A stretch of DNA of 64,000 nucleotides from Balanoglossus misakiensis. Lineage: Eukaryota > Animalia > Hemichordata. Each line of letters starts with the position of its first letter. Positions within the stretch are counted from its first letter, which is position 1. Of the stretch, positions 45,973-57,700 are shown piece by piece. The stretch is from the NCBI GenBank assembly GCA_040954595.2, contig CM082576.2, forward strand, positions 6,699,129 through 6,763,128. Direction: 5' to 3'. The position numbers and the translations under genes are program-made. The notes under the pieces were generated by a model. It was not told the origin of the DNA and ran no database searches. It saw only the letters and a program-made list of their open reading frames with translations.

Positions 45973-48900
45973 TAGGTGTAGTACAGTGCATACCGCACCT
46001 CCGGTTTAATTCCGTGAATAAGCTGCCAATTCAACATATTTGCAGTCATGGGATTTCTTTCTGGCGTCACGAATCCTTATAGCATGCATATAGCTTTTTA
46101 TCAAGGCGAGGCCTCACGATTGATTTTGTATATTGCAATTTTTTCAAGTATAACGCAAATAAGTACGTATATTGCAAAATTGTTGACCAGGTTTTTCGGT
46201 ATTCTTTATTTTCGTCTCTTTACAACTGTTCTTTCCTGTTGCTTGGGGTGAAATTTCATAATCCATATACTCTAGCATAGCTACATTATATATTCCATGG
46301 AGTTACCTTGTGTGTATTATACTGGATTCCGTCGGCGAGGGCGCAATATAGAACCCCCCCCCCCCGGGTGAACTTGATCCCTGGCAATGCTCAGCTGCCT
46401 CTGCATCCCTGTTCCCAGATTCCATTCTAGTTATCAAAATGATGAAACAAATGCTCATCAAGTAGAATTTTAAGCGCATACTTTATAGTGCAGTAATGTA
46501 TGTGTCACAATGTTGCAGATTCTCCACTGGGCTCACCACAATGCGGACTACATCGTCCCGTTGTACTGTTTTGATCCAAGGCATTATGCCGGCACTTACC
46601 ACTTCAACTTTCCCAAAACTGGAGCCTTCAGGTTGAAATTTCTACTGGAAAGTATTGCTGATCTCAGGCAATCTCTGCAAAAGGCAAACAGGTATGTTAA
46701 TTGTCTAAGGTTTGGGTCTTTTTTAGATTTAACAAAAAAATTGAAATACAGGAAACCAAATTTTTAAGTTGGTTTTACATGTCATAATTTGCATGTAATA
46801 ACGCAGGTCTGTACCCCAGAAAAGATTTCTTCAATGAGACCAATTACTGGTTTACACAACAAAACCACAATTACCATCACCACCACCACCATCATCACCC
46901 CAGATGTGACAGTATTGTTACTAGTACATACAGCACACAACAGCAATGTACGAACTGAAATACAGAAAAGGATTTGTGAATCACGGTGAGAGTGATTGAT
47001 ATACATGGTACATGGTTATAACTTAGATTTAATCAGTCACTTGACTAACTTCAAACACCAAGAAAATTGTTCAATGTTTGTGGTGTGTCTTTATAGTGGA
47101 CTGATTGTGCGGAGAGGGAAGCCAGAAACAGTCCTACCGGAACTTATTGAAAGATTAGGAAAAGCGAACATCTCAGCTGTGGCACTGCAGGAGGAGGTAA
47201 AGTCTGATGGATGATCCAGTGAACAGTAATTTCATTGATTCTGACCAAAGATTCTTCCCACAATAGGGTGACCCATTATAATCATAACTACTGATAACCT
47301 TTGACCCAGAACTATTTCTGGCCAACTTTTTAATAAAGTTCTAATATTATGCATCAATATTTGAAACTTGTACTCATTTGATGAATATTGATGATACATG
47401 GAAAAGAAAAGTACTAATAATGTAATTCTATGATGGATTTTCGAATCATATGTGAAATTTACTTGGAGGTGAAAGACAAGTCAAGGTGAAAGACGAAAGA
47501 CCCATCCACAGAGATTTTCTGAAGATTCCTCTCGTAAAATTGGTATTGGTAACTTTATTTTTGTAGGCTACAAAAGAAGAACTTGATGTCGAGTCAGCAC
47601 TGGAGAAATGTGGAGTTCCGATCAAAAAATTCTGGGGTTCTACCTTATATCACAGAGACGACTTACCGTTCAACGTAAAACAGTAAGAAAAATAACATTT
47701 ATTTCACATTGGAACATTCACATGCAGAAAAGTCACTCAAAGATTTGTACTGCTTGGGGAAATCAGATGTTTTTTTGCAGATAGAATGTCAGGAGGGAGC
47801 ATGAGGCAAAATCAATTTTTCCTTGCTCAGAATAGAATATATTATTATTACAATTGGCAATTAAAATTGTTGTCTCATGTTGCAGATTACCGAACGTGTA
47901 CACAGAGTTTCGCAAAAGAGTGGAAGCCCAATCTCGCGTAAGACGCACAGTCAAGTTACCGGATGCGTTGAAACCATTGGTAGAGGGGCTGGAGGAAGGT
48001 GACTTGCCAACCATGGAAGACTTGGACATGAAAGGTAATGTTGTCCACAGGTCATTTTCAGTAATAAAAAATACATTTGCTACATGTACACTGATCAATG
48101 TTTACTTAACCAGCTTTCTTCACATTCAACACAAAGACAGTTCTGAGACTTACCCCCTGGATAAATCATATATCATCAAGGATGTTTCACTGTATCTTGT
48201 TTGGTCTAAAATATCAAGTTGTAGGAGGACATTCAAAATATGCATGTGAAAAGAGCAACCATGAATGTGTAGCCTTGCAGGAGATACAGTTGCCTATAGC
48301 AACAGCGTTACTTCAGTTTTGCTCAGTGAAATCAAAAGCTCAGTGGGACTCACTTAATTGTTGATGTTTTGGCAGCTCCGGAGAATGACAGCAGAACAGC
48401 CTTCCCATTCCAAGGAGGAGAGACTGCAGCCCTGGCCAGGTTACACTACTATCTATGGCAATCGGTAAGTTTGGATTGGTTTAAATTATCACCCACATTT
48501 ATAATTTGTCTCCATCAGAAGTTTTTGTTGTTGCCCAGGAACTGTTGTGGTTGTTGTTCATCTTGTTCTCAAATATTTCCTGCAGGACTGTGTGGCAAGT
48601 TACAAGGAAACCAGGAATGGCCTGATAAGTTCTGATTATTCTACCAAGTTTTCCACATGGTGAGTGAAAAAAATAACTGTGTCCACGTTTATGCATTTGT
48701 GCGTGTGTGATCTCTGGCAATGCCATAGTACAACAATGCAGTTGAAAAGGAAATCTTGGTTGCATTGTTAAATTTCACCACTCAGCTCCATCAAGTTTCA
48801 GCTAAATTGCCAGTATTGAGATTGATTTTCTTGCATTTTATCAATTTGACTGCAGGTTAGCACTGGGCTGTATTTCACCAAGACGGATATACGAAGAAAT

Positions 48901-50556
48901 ACAGAATTATGAACATCAGAGAACGGCAAATCAGTCAACATATTGGTGAGTTTGGGGTTATAACTATCAAGATGAAACACATAGTTGTGTCTTTAATCAT
49001 TGGTTTTAAAAACAGGCAATTTAATTGATTGAATGATTCGAATGAATGAATGAATGAATGTGTTTGGAACATAATTGTCTTCTAATCATAATTTACTAAA
49101 CATAGTTTTGTGGGTGTTTGAAATTCATATGCTTTCTCACGCAGGGTCACATTTGAGCTTCTTTGGAGGGACTACTTCAAATTTGTTGCACTGAAGTTTG
49201 GAGATAGACTATTTTATCTGAAAGGTAGGTAAAAGTAATAGATATTTTTTGAACATTTTTAGAAGAACAATTTAACACATACATTGTAGATTAGAGGGAG
49301 GTAAACATTGCAGTATTCAAGATGGGAAAAAGTAGGATTTTGCGAGTTGTAACCTGAATGTGTACAATTGGTACAATATGATCCATGTTTTCTGTTCTGT
49401 CTGTGCTGAGATGAGCAACCTTGAATTGAGATTCAAGTTTTAATAAGAGTTCACGACTGTGACAAAATTATCCCAAATAGGTTTTCAAGACAAGGAGATA
49501 GATTGGAAGCAGGATATGAACTTGTTCAATGCCTGGAAGGAAGGGAAAACTGGGGTTCCCTTTGTTGATGCCAACATGAGAGAATTAGCGGCCACTGGGT
49601 TCATGTCCAACAGAGGTCGCCAGAATGTGGCCAGCTTCTTGACGAAAGACTTGAGACTCGACTGGAGACTAGGCGCAGAATGGTTCGAGTCCCTGCTGGT
49701 CAGTAACTAAGCTTCTTTCTATTTGTCTGGATTTTATCGGATTGTGACTTTATCATGGGTAATGGGGCAGTGCAAGAAAACAACTTTGTGTGTAACGTCT
49801 TTCACTTCTGTGTTTGGCAGCTTGATCATGATGTATGCAGTAACTACGGCAACTGGTTGTACAGCGCTGGCATTGGTAATGACCCCAGGCAGGACAGGAA
49901 ATTCAACATGGTCAAACAAGGATTGGACTATGACCCACAGGTATAAGAGCAATGATAGTTCTCGACGTGGGAGTTTTCAATTTCTATTACTGTACTCAAC
50001 TTTCACATGAAGGTCGTTGTGACCCTCTTGGGTTTCACTTCACTTTCCTACGGGCTTGTTTCTAAATCAACACTCCACACTATACGCAGTACGTGTTATT
50101 CGACATCTACTGGCTGATGAAAAAAAACCACTCATGTTACTGTTCGGTAAGCCACTCCATTTAATTGTTCTGTTCAGGGTGAATACATTCGTCTCTGGGT
50201 TCCAGAGCTGGCGGGGATAAAGAGTGGCGATGTTCATACACCATGGATACTTAGCAGCGCATCGCTGTCACACGCTGGCATCTCACTGGGCGAGACTTAC
50301 CCTTCACCAGTTGTCATGGCACCAGAGTGGAACAGACATGTCAAGCAACCTGTAAGTTTTTATTCAAGAAAATTCAATTCTTGCTCAATCAACCTCAGCA
50401 TTTTTTTGCTTCTGATGATTATGATATTTCTCTCATTTGCAAACGGCTTGCTTTCTCTTACAGGGTAGAAGAGGCAAAGGACCCTCACATACTCCACCAA
50501 AACACAAGAACAGAGGAATTGATTTCTACTTTTCAAGCAAAGGTGGCAAGCCATAA
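45836..50556 (+). CDS. cry-dash: Cryptochrome DASH (photolyase/cryptochrome family), ~513 aa
   Basis: 13 exons: 45836-45901, 46519-46691, 47097-47196, 47567-47682, 47886-48034, 48376-48464, 48586-48659, 48856-48945, 49145-49224, 49481-49698, 49821-49940, 50178-50351, 50464-50556. DASH-type motifs are [93 protein letters not shown] and a C-terminal RGIDFYFS. Confidence 0.96.
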
Positions 50557-51257
50557 TGACTGTTCACAAAAGTGGGACAGGTCAAACAATTTCAATTGAA
50601 GCCGAGATGTGGTGCATTTGGAGGTTTACCAATGGTCAAGGGCATTCATGAGAAGATTTGAGACAGTCAAGGTGATTGTATGGGCCAAGGCTGAGAAAAT
50701 GTACATGACTACATGCATTTTGGCATTCTCTTATTGTGGACCACAGCCAGATTGCTGGTGGAGTATCAGTGATGGTCGCAAGCATTTGGCAAACAGAATA
50801 TACCATTGCACTGATATCATCTACTGATGACAGCCCATCTTTGAGTAGACAGCATCTTTGCAAAAACGCTACAGGCAGGAACTCGAGGAATTTCAGCGCA
50901 TCCGAAAATCTGGAGCATGAAGAGGAGGGGACTCCGATTTTGTGAAAGATGTCAGTGCAAGTGGGCTCAACTGATGGGAATGTGGGGGGGGGGGGGGTCA
51001 TAAATGGAAACACCATCAATCCAGATACATGTGACACTCTAAGTTTTAATGCAAATTAAAATATTTTCACATCTCAGTTTCATTCTCATGATGAACTATG
51101 GTCATATATTTATTTCACTTGAGTTGAATTTGCTCGAAAAGAATTGAGTTCTACTGTTTTTTTCCAGAGCATTTCTTGTAGTACCAGAAGTGAAACCCTG
51201 CACTCACACTGGAGGGCAAACAGTCATAGACAACAGATAGAGGAAGTCCTGTCATTG

Positions 51258-52111
51258 TCACGATCCCCTTCTCCTGAACAGCCTCTGTATATTTGCTCGA
51301 AGTGCCAGCCACAGTGTTTTTAGATTCCTTTTATACCACTCCTTGTTGTAGTCCTTAAGTTTAGACTGATTTTCATTTAGGAACTGTCTGTAAAACTCCG
51401 ACATCTCTTCTGCTGTCAGAACATGTTTGGTTCCATCGCCGTGAAGAAGTGGAGATCCTTTCTCCTGTTCTTTCTTTTCTATGAACTCTTCCTTCGTCTG
51501 CAAGTAGAATGAAATAAAAGCGGTAATATTTAACTCCTCAGTGGCACTGCAACAACTTGTCACCTGGCATCTAAAAGCTCCATGCATAAAGTCACTTTGC
51601 AATGGTTCTGTACAGGCCATTCAAGGACAAATGGATCTCTTTTTGCATTTAGAAACAAATTATGCATGTACCTTGATGAAACTTGCATTGTGTTTCCTCC
51701 AGAACTCGTGATTAAATCTGTCATTGTCTTCTCGCATTAACCTGTAGGTCCTCTCGGCTTCTGATTCACCTTCAGGGATATAATATTTCACTTGGCGTAT
51801 GTTTGACAGTTTATCTGGAGGTCCTATCCAGTTTCTCTCGGACCCGACTGCTGGGTTTTTCTGTTGGGGCTGGCTGGGGTCAGTTACCTGCGTTTAAAAC
51901 AAAGGATGCGTTTCTGAGTGTTTGTATTTTTATGTGTGTGAAAAACAAGAGTGATACATGTAGTGAGATTGACCTGCCCCCCCCCCCCCCCCGTTCCAGA
52001 GAAAGATAAGATGAAACATGCATTTCTGCTGACCTTCGTGCTGTTACAAAGGCACTGAAGTGGGGCCAAGGGAACATTTGGCACACGTCTTATCCAGTTC
52101 GAGACGATCAT
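51258..52111 (-). CDS. COA8: Cytochrome c oxidase assembly factor 8 (APOPT1 family), ~177 aa
   Basis: Exons 52111-52034, 51887-51672 and 51497-51258, all phase 0. Family motifs are WIGPPDKLSNIR, FNHEFWRKHNASF, LTAEEMSEFYRQFLNEN and YNKEWYKRN. Confidence 0.92.
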
Positions 52112-52225
52112 CTTCGTCTATGCATGCCACATCCAGTCATACATACACGATCGAACGTACACACTCAATTAGTGACCTGACCCGGAAGTGTTTCAACTGA
52201 CCTCTCCCATAATGCACATTTTAAA
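52112..52225. promoter_or_regulatory. Bidirectional promoter between COA8 and the SR/K-rich gene
   Basis: Divergent ATGs are 114 bp apart. CCGGAAGTG (ETS/GABP-type) lies at 52182-52190, CTCCCATAATGCA (Staf/ZNF143-like) at ~52204-52216, and AAAATGGCGG (YY1-type) overlaps the + strand ATG. CpG is retained locally. Confidence 0.75.
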
Positions 52226-54201
52226 ATGGCGGACGAGAGAGGTAAGTTTGACTTTGTAGGAAATCAATATTTCCTAACTCTCGATTTGTTTCCGTTTCGG
52301 AACTGTCAGCTTTGCTTAAACAGGAATCATCAAATGAAAATGAGATGTTGGGAACACTGACGGTTAGTTGTCAGGAACTGTATCTTTGTTTCTACGTAAT
52401 GCGAACGATGCCGGACGGACGTCGGACCGGTTTACAGTACGTGTACTGTAGCACGTGATGATCGATATGTACGGTAATAGTAATTTGCTGTCATTTAGCT
52501 GCAGAATCGTAGCTTGGGCTTTTGCCTGGTTTTGTGTGTACCGGTTTTGCCGTCCCCTCACAATACCAGGCAAAACCTCGAGGTACTACGGTACTCACTG
52601 CAGCTAGTTGTTTTGCCTTGAAGTTGAACTGAACTCAATTTGCTACATTGATTCATTTATATTCATTCACTGTACATTTTCACTCTCAATAGATCGCGGT
52701 CGGTCAAGGAAAAAGCGAAGACATTCATCACCTTCGAGCACATCCTCAAGCTCAAGGAGCCCATCAGAAAGTAGCCAGGAACACAAAAGAAAGAAATGCA
52801 AGAAGCGGGGGCGTTCAGCGAGCAGTAGTAGCAGTAGCAGTAATGATGATCACATAAAACACAGTAGAAGATACAGGACAAGAAGTTCATCATCCTCATC
52901 ATCATCTAGTTCAGAATCATCAGGTGCAGGTATAAACATTTAAATTTTAAGTACTACATGTATGCAAGATTAATAGAATCCAGGATGAATTGTGAGTTTG
53001 GCTGTTTGTACTTATCTGTGGTGTGGTACAAACTATTGGCAGGGTTTACACTCATTGCCTGCTAAACATTAAGGGGGCACAGCCATTACATTTATTTCAA
53101 TTCCCATTTATTGTTCTAAATTCTTTTGGTTTTTGTAACACAGCCCCCCTTGATCTATTCTCAATTTTCAGAGCAAAGGAAGAAGAAGAAAAAGAAGAAA
53201 GAAAAGAAAAAGAAGAGAAAGGTATTCTTTGACTTATGAAGCATTTTTGTGACCATCCCTCAGTGGCCATACAAATTATAGCTTGTTTGTGCATACCCGA
53301 TAAAATAAAACTTTTGCTTTGTATAAATGTAAATGAAGAAGTATAATTACACAATTTTTGTAAGTGAACTGGAGATTTATATGACTGCTTGCTTCATCTT
53401 TCTTTCCCCTTTCAGAAAGAGAAAAAGAAGAAACGAAAGAAAGAGAAAGAAAAAGAAAAGAAGAAAAAGGGTGGCCCTGGCCCTGTTCAGCTATCACAGG
53501 TATGAGCAGGACTTATTGCTTGTGTGAAAGGGATTGTGAAATACCAGTCACCTGTGTTAGTGGCCACTTAGACACGTAACCACTGGTCACCAAATTAAGT
53601 TTTCAGTTTTCCTAGGGTGAGATTTGTCTATAATGTTCACTGTAACTGCAGTAATTCACTTACCTCATGCATTCTTTACATACATTATGCTCCTTTCTCA
53701 ACAGCAGAAATTTGAAAAGAAGGCAATTTATTTGTGTCTTGCAGTTCATGAAAGAGCGCAGAGATAAGGAAGAAGCAAGGAGTTCTGTCTCTGGCCACAA
53801 GATAAAGTTGAAAGTCAAGAAGAGCAGCAAGGACAAAGAGGTGGGTTTCTTTTTTGAAGAACACCACCAGAACGTCATGTCAGAACAAAAGGTTCAAATG
53901 GGACATCAGATATGCTCAGCATACTTAAAAGAAAGATTTTACTCTTTTATTCAAAACAAAAACCATGATACAGTAAAGTACAATAGATTCAAGTTAGCTT
54001 GTATTGTTCATTCTATGAAATCACAAAACTTTGTTTTCACATGTAATTTTTTGTTAAAAATCTACTTTAAAAAGCCTGCAAGTGAAAGACAGTACTTTCT
54101 TGGTCAGGCAGTGTTTGTGTCAATGACTTCTTTTTCTATTTTTGCTTCAGCGTGATCGGAACAGAGAGCAGCTGCTTCATTTTCTCAATTCCACCATGTG
54201 A
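52226..54201 (+). CDS. Uncharacterised Ser/Arg- and Lys-rich, probably nuclear protein (~175-177 aa)
   Basis: Exons 52226-52241, 52693-52929 (alternative donor at 52923), 53172-53221, 53416-53499, 53745-53840 and 54151-54201, all in phase with canonical splice sites. The protein reads MADERDRGRSRKKRR, poly-Ser, poly-Lys, then GPGPVQLSQFMKE...RSSVSGHKIKLKVKKSSKDKERDRNREQLLHFLNSTM*. Confidence 0.85.
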
Positions 54202-54742
54202 GGGCAGATTCCCCTATGCGAGATCTTCACCGAGAAATGGCGATAGTGGTGTATTTGTTTAATATCTGTCAGTGTTGTCCAAGATTGGTGCTAGTCACTA
54301 GACACCACCACCATCATCATCAGGAGTCAAGTTACATAGACGGTGAAAAGGCACTTCCTGCTTATCAGATGTGATGCAGAGAATGGCTGTCACCACAAAA
54401 GCTGCTGATAGCTTGAGTTCTACTTGGATTCGGATGACAGGAAACCGCTGACAAAAGTTGCTCATATAATCTGACATGGAATGAGAGTTCTTTGACAGGT
54501 TTAAAAGTTTTCTTGTGATTCGTGTCAGTAACCACTGAACATTGTTCAATCCCTGGACTTAATGCAACGTATTTATACAGGTCTTCCTTGCAGAATGACA
54601 AGTCAGTTACATATTACATATTTTATAAAATGTCGCATTTTTCATGCAGTAATTAAAGATGAATATTGATATTGCAAATTTTGTGCAGGTTTTTGCGGAA
54701 TGAATATTCCCATGACTTACAGCTTGAATCGCATCCTATTAT

Positions 54743-57700
54743 TCAAGCTAGCAGTCTGTACTTCTCAGTAAATTCATTTACAACACTGGCAAGGTAGTGA
54801 TTTAGGCCACAGCTTCCGTCCGATATAGTTTTCACGGTTTTGGAAACAGCTTCGACAAGTTGCCGATCCTGATCCGCGAGAGGAAACTCTGCCAGTGCCG
54901 AGAGACAGGCGAAAGATCTGTACAGAAAGACACAGTGGGATCTGTACTTGCTGGTGTTCTGAAACGGGCAGTGGTTTCCCCGATCTAACGTGGACAGGAT
55001 ATCGCGCATCTTGGCGAGGAGATTGTGTCTGTTTTCCTGGATTGCTCGCACCTGTGTTGGCTGCAGTGGGGCCGACTCTCTTAACCAGTTCTGTAACGCC
55101 GCAACAGCCTGCTGGACAGTCTCTGTAGTTTCTGCGTAGGAGTTGGCCTCCCCTTTGTCATACAGCCTTTCACTTTGTCCTTCTTCCTGAAAGACCAAGT
55201 TTGTGAGGGAGTGTGATGGGTGTGTGACAAGATATTTTAGTAATTGCAAATTTCTTGGCCAAAATAATACATATAGCAAAACAATGCCTCTATGAATTTC
55301 ATTCCTTTTATAACAATTTGTAGAATTGAAAGTGCCTGGTTTGTTTGTGAAATATGATATCAAAACATATCTAACAATCATCTTTTAAGGTAACAAAATT
55401 ACTAAGGCCAAGTACCATGGAGAAAATGGAAATTAATATAAGCAACATGGCTTACTTGGTCATCCAGAGCAAATCCATCTTCAGAGATGTAAGAAAGGAG
55501 AAACGAAAACACAGCCGTCCAATTCCTGTTGCCATGGAGATGTATGACTGCAGGAAACACACTTCTCATGGCAATATTGCAATGTACATCTGATGAATCG
55601 TGCTCTGAAAGAAAAATATTTCAGACTCAAATTCGATCGTCCTTCGATCTAAGCGTGTACAATCCTTGTGATTAATGCCAGTGCCCAAAGCCATTTGAAA
55701 ATAGGAACCAATACAACTGTATCATCTTACATAGCACAGACCGAAAAGATAGTTTTTATGATCATGTGCTTCAGCTTGACACTGCCATGGTCCTGTTACA
55801 AAGGTTCTTAGTGGGTATCAGTTTCACAGCCATTGACAAACAGCCACAACTTACCAGACACTAGAGATGACATAACCGCCGGCGTGACAGCTCTTCTGAT
55901 TTCTTCCTCCTCCTCTTGCAACAAGATAATCACTGATTTCCATAGCGACAGTGACGCATCGCCTGGTGAGATGTGACATAAAAAAAAAAATCCCCAGGGT
56001 TACATTGCTTCAATCTTTGAAGAGGTAGACGTTTCCATGGAAACAGTTTTACATAACTGAGTGAATGTATATACAAACAGAAGATGGCACATCCCTTCGG
56101 TGAATTTCAACAAATATTATATTTCAAGTGTAGGTTTACTCGAACTTAATTGAAACATCCTATTGTAAATACTGTTGACAAATTTGTCTCGTGCAGTATA
56201 CTGAAAAAGAGATGAGCAAGGTCACATTTCCAGTGTGTCATCTCATTTGGATTTGCCTTGTGTGTAAATCTCTCAAATGATTGAAATAGAAGATCAGTGT
56301 ACCCTAAAGCAATGAGTACTGTGTATCATTGAAGCAAAATGCACTCCAAGGTGACCTTGGCATGCTGCTGATGCAAAAACACTGAATCACAGAAACAAAT
56401 GCTTGCCTCTAAATGCAGGGTGTCCTCTCTCTTAAAACACAAAGTCTACTACACAATTCCACTCAGTGTCTACAACACAACTGGCTGACAAAAAGATATT
56501 CTTAGAAAATTCCCAACTTGACTAAAAAAAGCCAATGTATTGTAGCAAATGTCTCATCTTGACTATCAAGAACAGATGTCAAGAGTGTACTCTATCACCT
56601 ACCAAGTATTGCATCGGGATCGTGCAGGAGGTACCTGCCCACATGCACAATACTCTGAGCAGTTGTCAGTTTCAACGCCGTGGTTTCTCCAGCCGACGAG
56701 GTCACAGCCATGGTGTCTATCCACTTCTGAAAAACTCTGTGATGTTCATCGGCGCAGGAACTCTGTGGGCAATAGAAACGTGGGATAATCTAGCAGTGCT
56801 GAAAATAAATACTAGCTGCGTGAGCTGTGATAGACACACGAAAATGTCATCACTTTACACGTAGAATTGTCAATAAGGATGGTTTTATACCAATCTGCAT
56901 CCAGGTGTAACTACTTTCTATTCAGTGTTCTTGACAATGGCAGAATATTTGCCGACCAGCCATTTGAGAACATTACCTGCACAGCTTGCTCGTAAATAAC
57001 AGGTACCAGTTTACTCATCAGCTGTACTAACGAACATGGAAGACCACATCTGTGAACAGAACAAAGTGACAAGTGACCAAAACTAGGATAACAATTTCAT
57101 GTTTAAACTTGCACATGTTATTTCTACTGTCATTTTTTACAAAACACAAGTCAACTCACGTAGGTGTGTTCAGGATAATATCAAGCTTATCCTGCAGGAA
57201 TGTAAATGCTTGCAAACATGTCCACGGATTAGAACCGGCTGGTCTCCATGGAAACACTAAAGTAAGATCATGGGCATCCAATGCCTCAAAAACCTGAAAA
57301 GAACGGATGATGAAATCTGTGATTTTTTGATTTTTTACAACCGAAAAGGAAGACATATAACAAAAAATATTCAATACAGAAATTTAAGTTAGTGATGATC
57401 CATATATGTGAAATATAGTTTATAATAGTGTAATGCTTACTTTGGACAAGCAGTCTGGGTTTGTTTCTTGTAACATCATGTTTATTAAACTTGAGAAAAC
57501 GTGGCCATCTTTGCATATCTTCCCAAACTCCGTGTCAGGGAGAGAAGTGCTCCTGAAGATCTTCACCAGGTTCGTTAGGATAAAAAGTCTGACTTCGTAA
57601 AACTGACTGTTCATGGTGTTGCTCAGCCACTGCAGATCTAAGTCTTTGTTTCCGTCTGTGGCTTTCAGCTTCCATGTAATGGCAGCCAGCTGTTCCTCCA

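Noticed and set aside
56763-56800. Apparent in-frame stop in THADA if the acceptor at ~56799 is used
   Set aside because: Downstream in-phase acceptors (exon start 56762 or 56789) restore the frame, so this is not evidence of a pseudogene.
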